Below are positions 48,880-51,309 of a stretch of DNA of 51,309 nt, in pieces. Where the stretch lies: assembly GCF_001194135.2 (NCBI RefSeq), contig NC_068989.1, forward strand, positions 26,909,407-26,960,715, given 5' to 3'. Below the pieces are notes generated by a model, which did no database searches, was not told the origin of the DNA, and saw nothing but the letters and a program-made list of their open reading frames with translations. The DNA is from Octopus bimaculoides. Taxonomy: Eukaryota. The number at the start of each line of letters is the position of its first letter. The first letter of the stretch is position 1. The position numbers and the translations under genes were made by a program.

Positions 48880-49150
48880 GGATTATATATATATCAGCAT
48901 TCTTTTACCAATAGAAACAGAATTAACTCGACGGGATTAAGTAAGCATACTTGGGAACTTAAAGATAGTGATAGTAGCTTCACATTAGCATGGGAAATCC
49001 TCGCTACTGCACTTTCGTATAACGAAAAAAAAAGGAAATGTTATCTTTGCATTAATGCACTTTTTTCATTCTAACAGCACGAAACCCACTATTGAACCTG
49101 AGAGAGGAGAGAAGTGTAACTTGCCTCCACAAAGGGAGGTCCAATTTCGA
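48880..49150 (+). pseudogene. Penelope-like GIY-YIG C-terminal half (Neptune-like)
   Basis: HSFTNRNRINSTGLSKHTWELKDSDSSFTLAWEILATALSYNEKKRKCYLC..LLNLREE..TCLH. Confidence 0.85.
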
Positions 49151-49164
49151 TTTTTGTTATTCTT

Positions 49165-49340
49165 TTATTCTGTCATTTGTGTCGGTCATTTGACTGCTGG
49201 CATGCTGGAGCACCACCTTTAGTCGAACTAATCGATCCCAGCACTTATTCTTCGTACGCCTAGCATTTATTCTATCGGACTCTGTTGCCGAACCGCTCAT
49301 GTTACGGGGACGTAAACACACCAACACATCGATTGTCAAG
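49165..49340 (-). mobile_element. SINE 3' tail (first family)
   Basis: Reverse complement of the tail at 3600-3760 (CTTGACAATCGATG..GTGTTTACGTCCCCGTAAC..GGTGCTCCAGCATG). Confidence 0.85.
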
Positions 49341-50049
49341 TACCTTTTATACCATGGACGTATTTACTTGTTGGCACTGGTTGTAATTTAGACTTATGTC
49401 TGTACTAACTTATTGTTCTTCCTCCACTTAAAATAGACCTTAATAGCCCTACACACCTAGGAACAACATTACCCCTGTTAGGTTTGTTTTATTGCACTCA
49501 ATTTTACCTTCCTTCACCATACATTGTATGGGTCTACACTTGGTATTATAGTAGTTGTACTTACCAGGAGATATTTGTAAAATGTGGTTTTACTATGTAG
49601 GATTGAATGTGTGATCTGTTGGTAGAAATAATATGTCTGCACCCACATAGGGTTAATATATTTTTTTAATTATTAAGTTTAATGATATGAACAATCTAAT
49701 TTTTAGGGTAATGTAATGCATATTAAATATATTTAGTAAACTGTTTGAACATGAAAACTATATTAATAATGCCAGTTAACAAGCGATTTGGTCTTGAATC
49801 TTAATCGTTTAAATGTTAGTGGTTTTGTGATTTTCCCTCGTCGTGTAGCTATACAGTGGAATTTTCTTAGGTACGTGTACTCATTTGTTTGTCTATTATT
49901 ACCACCACTCGAATTCTATTTGCTATCTAGGATGTAAAATCCAACATTATTTTAGCATTATTTTTAAAATATATTCATATGTAATATCTGTACAAGTTGT
50001 TTCCACCTTAACTATAAGTTATTGTATTCATTTTACCGAATTTATCTAT

Positions 50050-50820
50050 TTATTTTCCTCATTTATGTTATCTCGAGAAGCTACTGAAGGATATAAGCGA
50101 TTTCGTGCCACTTCTAACATGGTCTTCTCTCTTGCACCCTTTACTTATTTACTTATTTTTATTTTATTTACATATCCATTGAAACGGTTGTAACGTTTGC
50201 CCTCGGTTCAAATGTTATTGACCAATTGTAGAGATCACTGGACTTAGACCTGTCCCATTCCGGACAACAGGTGGCGTTCTCTCTAATATTTGTGTAAGTA
50301 CGCTATCATAAGAACCTTTCTGTGATATCTTGGATAAATTTTAACTAGAATTATTTATCTTAGCATAGGTAATGCCCTTTTTAGGCATGTTAGTAATTAT
50401 CTTGTAGACCAGTGGCTAAGGATTAGGTTGTTAGCTGTGTAAATTTCACATGTTAAGTGGTACAATGAGTTTTATGTCTGAATAGCTATTTGTGTATGTA
50501 CTCTCTTAAAGTTTATCAAGTTTTGCTTCGTACTTTTGTCAGAAAGTATTTTCTTTGTCCGTGCTTTATCTGTGGTATTCACTAAACATAGATAGAGTGG
50601 GAAGACCTGGAAATTGGTGTACGTATTTTTTTCACATATGTTTACGTGGCCACTCTGTCTAGTGCTGGGGTTCCGTATTTGTTGTGAGATTATGGTCAGT
50701 CTATTTCTCTGCGAAAGCTTTCTTTGACCTGTGTAATCTTCATTACATCCTTAACATTTCATAGAGTATATTAAATTTCTTGAGCAGCCTGTAAAATGAT
50801 TTTTCACGGCAACAAGCTGG
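50050..50820 (-). pseudogene. Old Penelope-like RT N-terminal remnant
   Basis: TPPVVRNGTGLSPVISTIGQ resembles PK.HK.G.PLRPIVS.IGS, and NRLYPSV resembles SLYP.I. Multiple stops. Confidence 0.4.
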
Positions 50821-50857
50821 CCTAGAAGTCTCACCAATGTATGACTCGACTAACCCA

Positions 50858-51142
50858 GAGTCATACATTGGTGAGACTTCTAGGAGTATCAATGATAGGT
50901 TCAAAGAACACCTGGACAACTCCATTGAAAAGAAACCTAACTCCATTTTCTATCAGCATGATGTAGACTGCCACAAGGGCTCCTTAGGAAGTCTTAAATT
51001 AAACATCTTGTCCAAACATCCCACTGATGCAATACTGAGACAGGTCACTGAAGCTGTCTGTATACAGGAGTACAAACCCTCTCTCAACCGTAAATCCGAG
51101 TGGGGTAACATCCAGATTCCACACGGGAGTACACCTCTATAG
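50858..51142 (+). CDS. Open 5'-truncated Penelope GIY-YIG endonuclease segment
   Basis: YIGETSRSINDRFKEH..SIFYQH..KLNIL..RQVTEAVCIQEYKPSLNRKSEWG with no stops. It lacks the first GIY strand, so it is a fragment and not a functional gene. Confidence 0.85.
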   Translation, partial: ESYIGETSRSINDRFKEHLDNSIEKKPNSIFYQHDVDCHKGSLGSLKLNILSKHPTDAILRQVTEAVCIQEYKPSLNRKSEWGNIQIPHGSTPL

Positions 51143-51180
51143 TCACTCTTCTTTCTCTTTTACATCGTGGAATTCCTTTC

Positions 51181-51242
51181 CATACATACATGTTGAGATG
51201 CATAATACATACATACATGTTGAGATGCATAATACATACATA
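51181..51242. repeat. Tandem duplication of CATACATACATGTTGAGATGCATAATA
   Basis: Read directly. Confidence 0.9.
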
Positions 51243-51309
51243 TATGTTATTATATATAACCGTATGGGCGTATATAGTTTGATATGTGTGTGCGTGTGAG
51301 TAGATGTAT

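Overview
AT-rich, gap-ridden, microsatellite-dense eukaryotic DNA. The SINE and LINE repertoire looks like a cephalopod (Octopus-type) genome, which is an inference from remembered repeat families and not from a search. I found no intact host protein-coding gene, rRNA, tRNA or CRISPR array. Most of the supplied ORFs are artefacts of microsatellites or N-gaps. The recognisable content is mobile DNA: a near-complete DD37D (maT) Tc1/mariner element with TIRs, two mariner remnants, a pogo-like DDE_1 remnant, a Helitron RepHel fragment, Helentron-type non-autonomous elements, R4-like (RLE) LINE pieces, Tx1/L1-like (APE) LINE pieces, at least five Penelope-like GIY-YIG remnants and many SINEs. The most notable structure is at 18350-23888. 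Three short retroposons, apparently ORF1-only, are stacked head-to-tail, each bounded by the same 14-16 nt motif, inside one copy of an LTR-like repeat. A second copy of that repeat with an empty target site lies immediately adjacent. This points to a sequence-specific, non-autonomous retrotransposon system. Also seen are decayed hammerhead-ribozyme-like motifs, a perfect fold-back at a Penelope 5' junction, and scattered plus-strand exon-like islands that may be a decayed gene I could not identify. Coordinates of decayed remnants are approximate (tens of bp).
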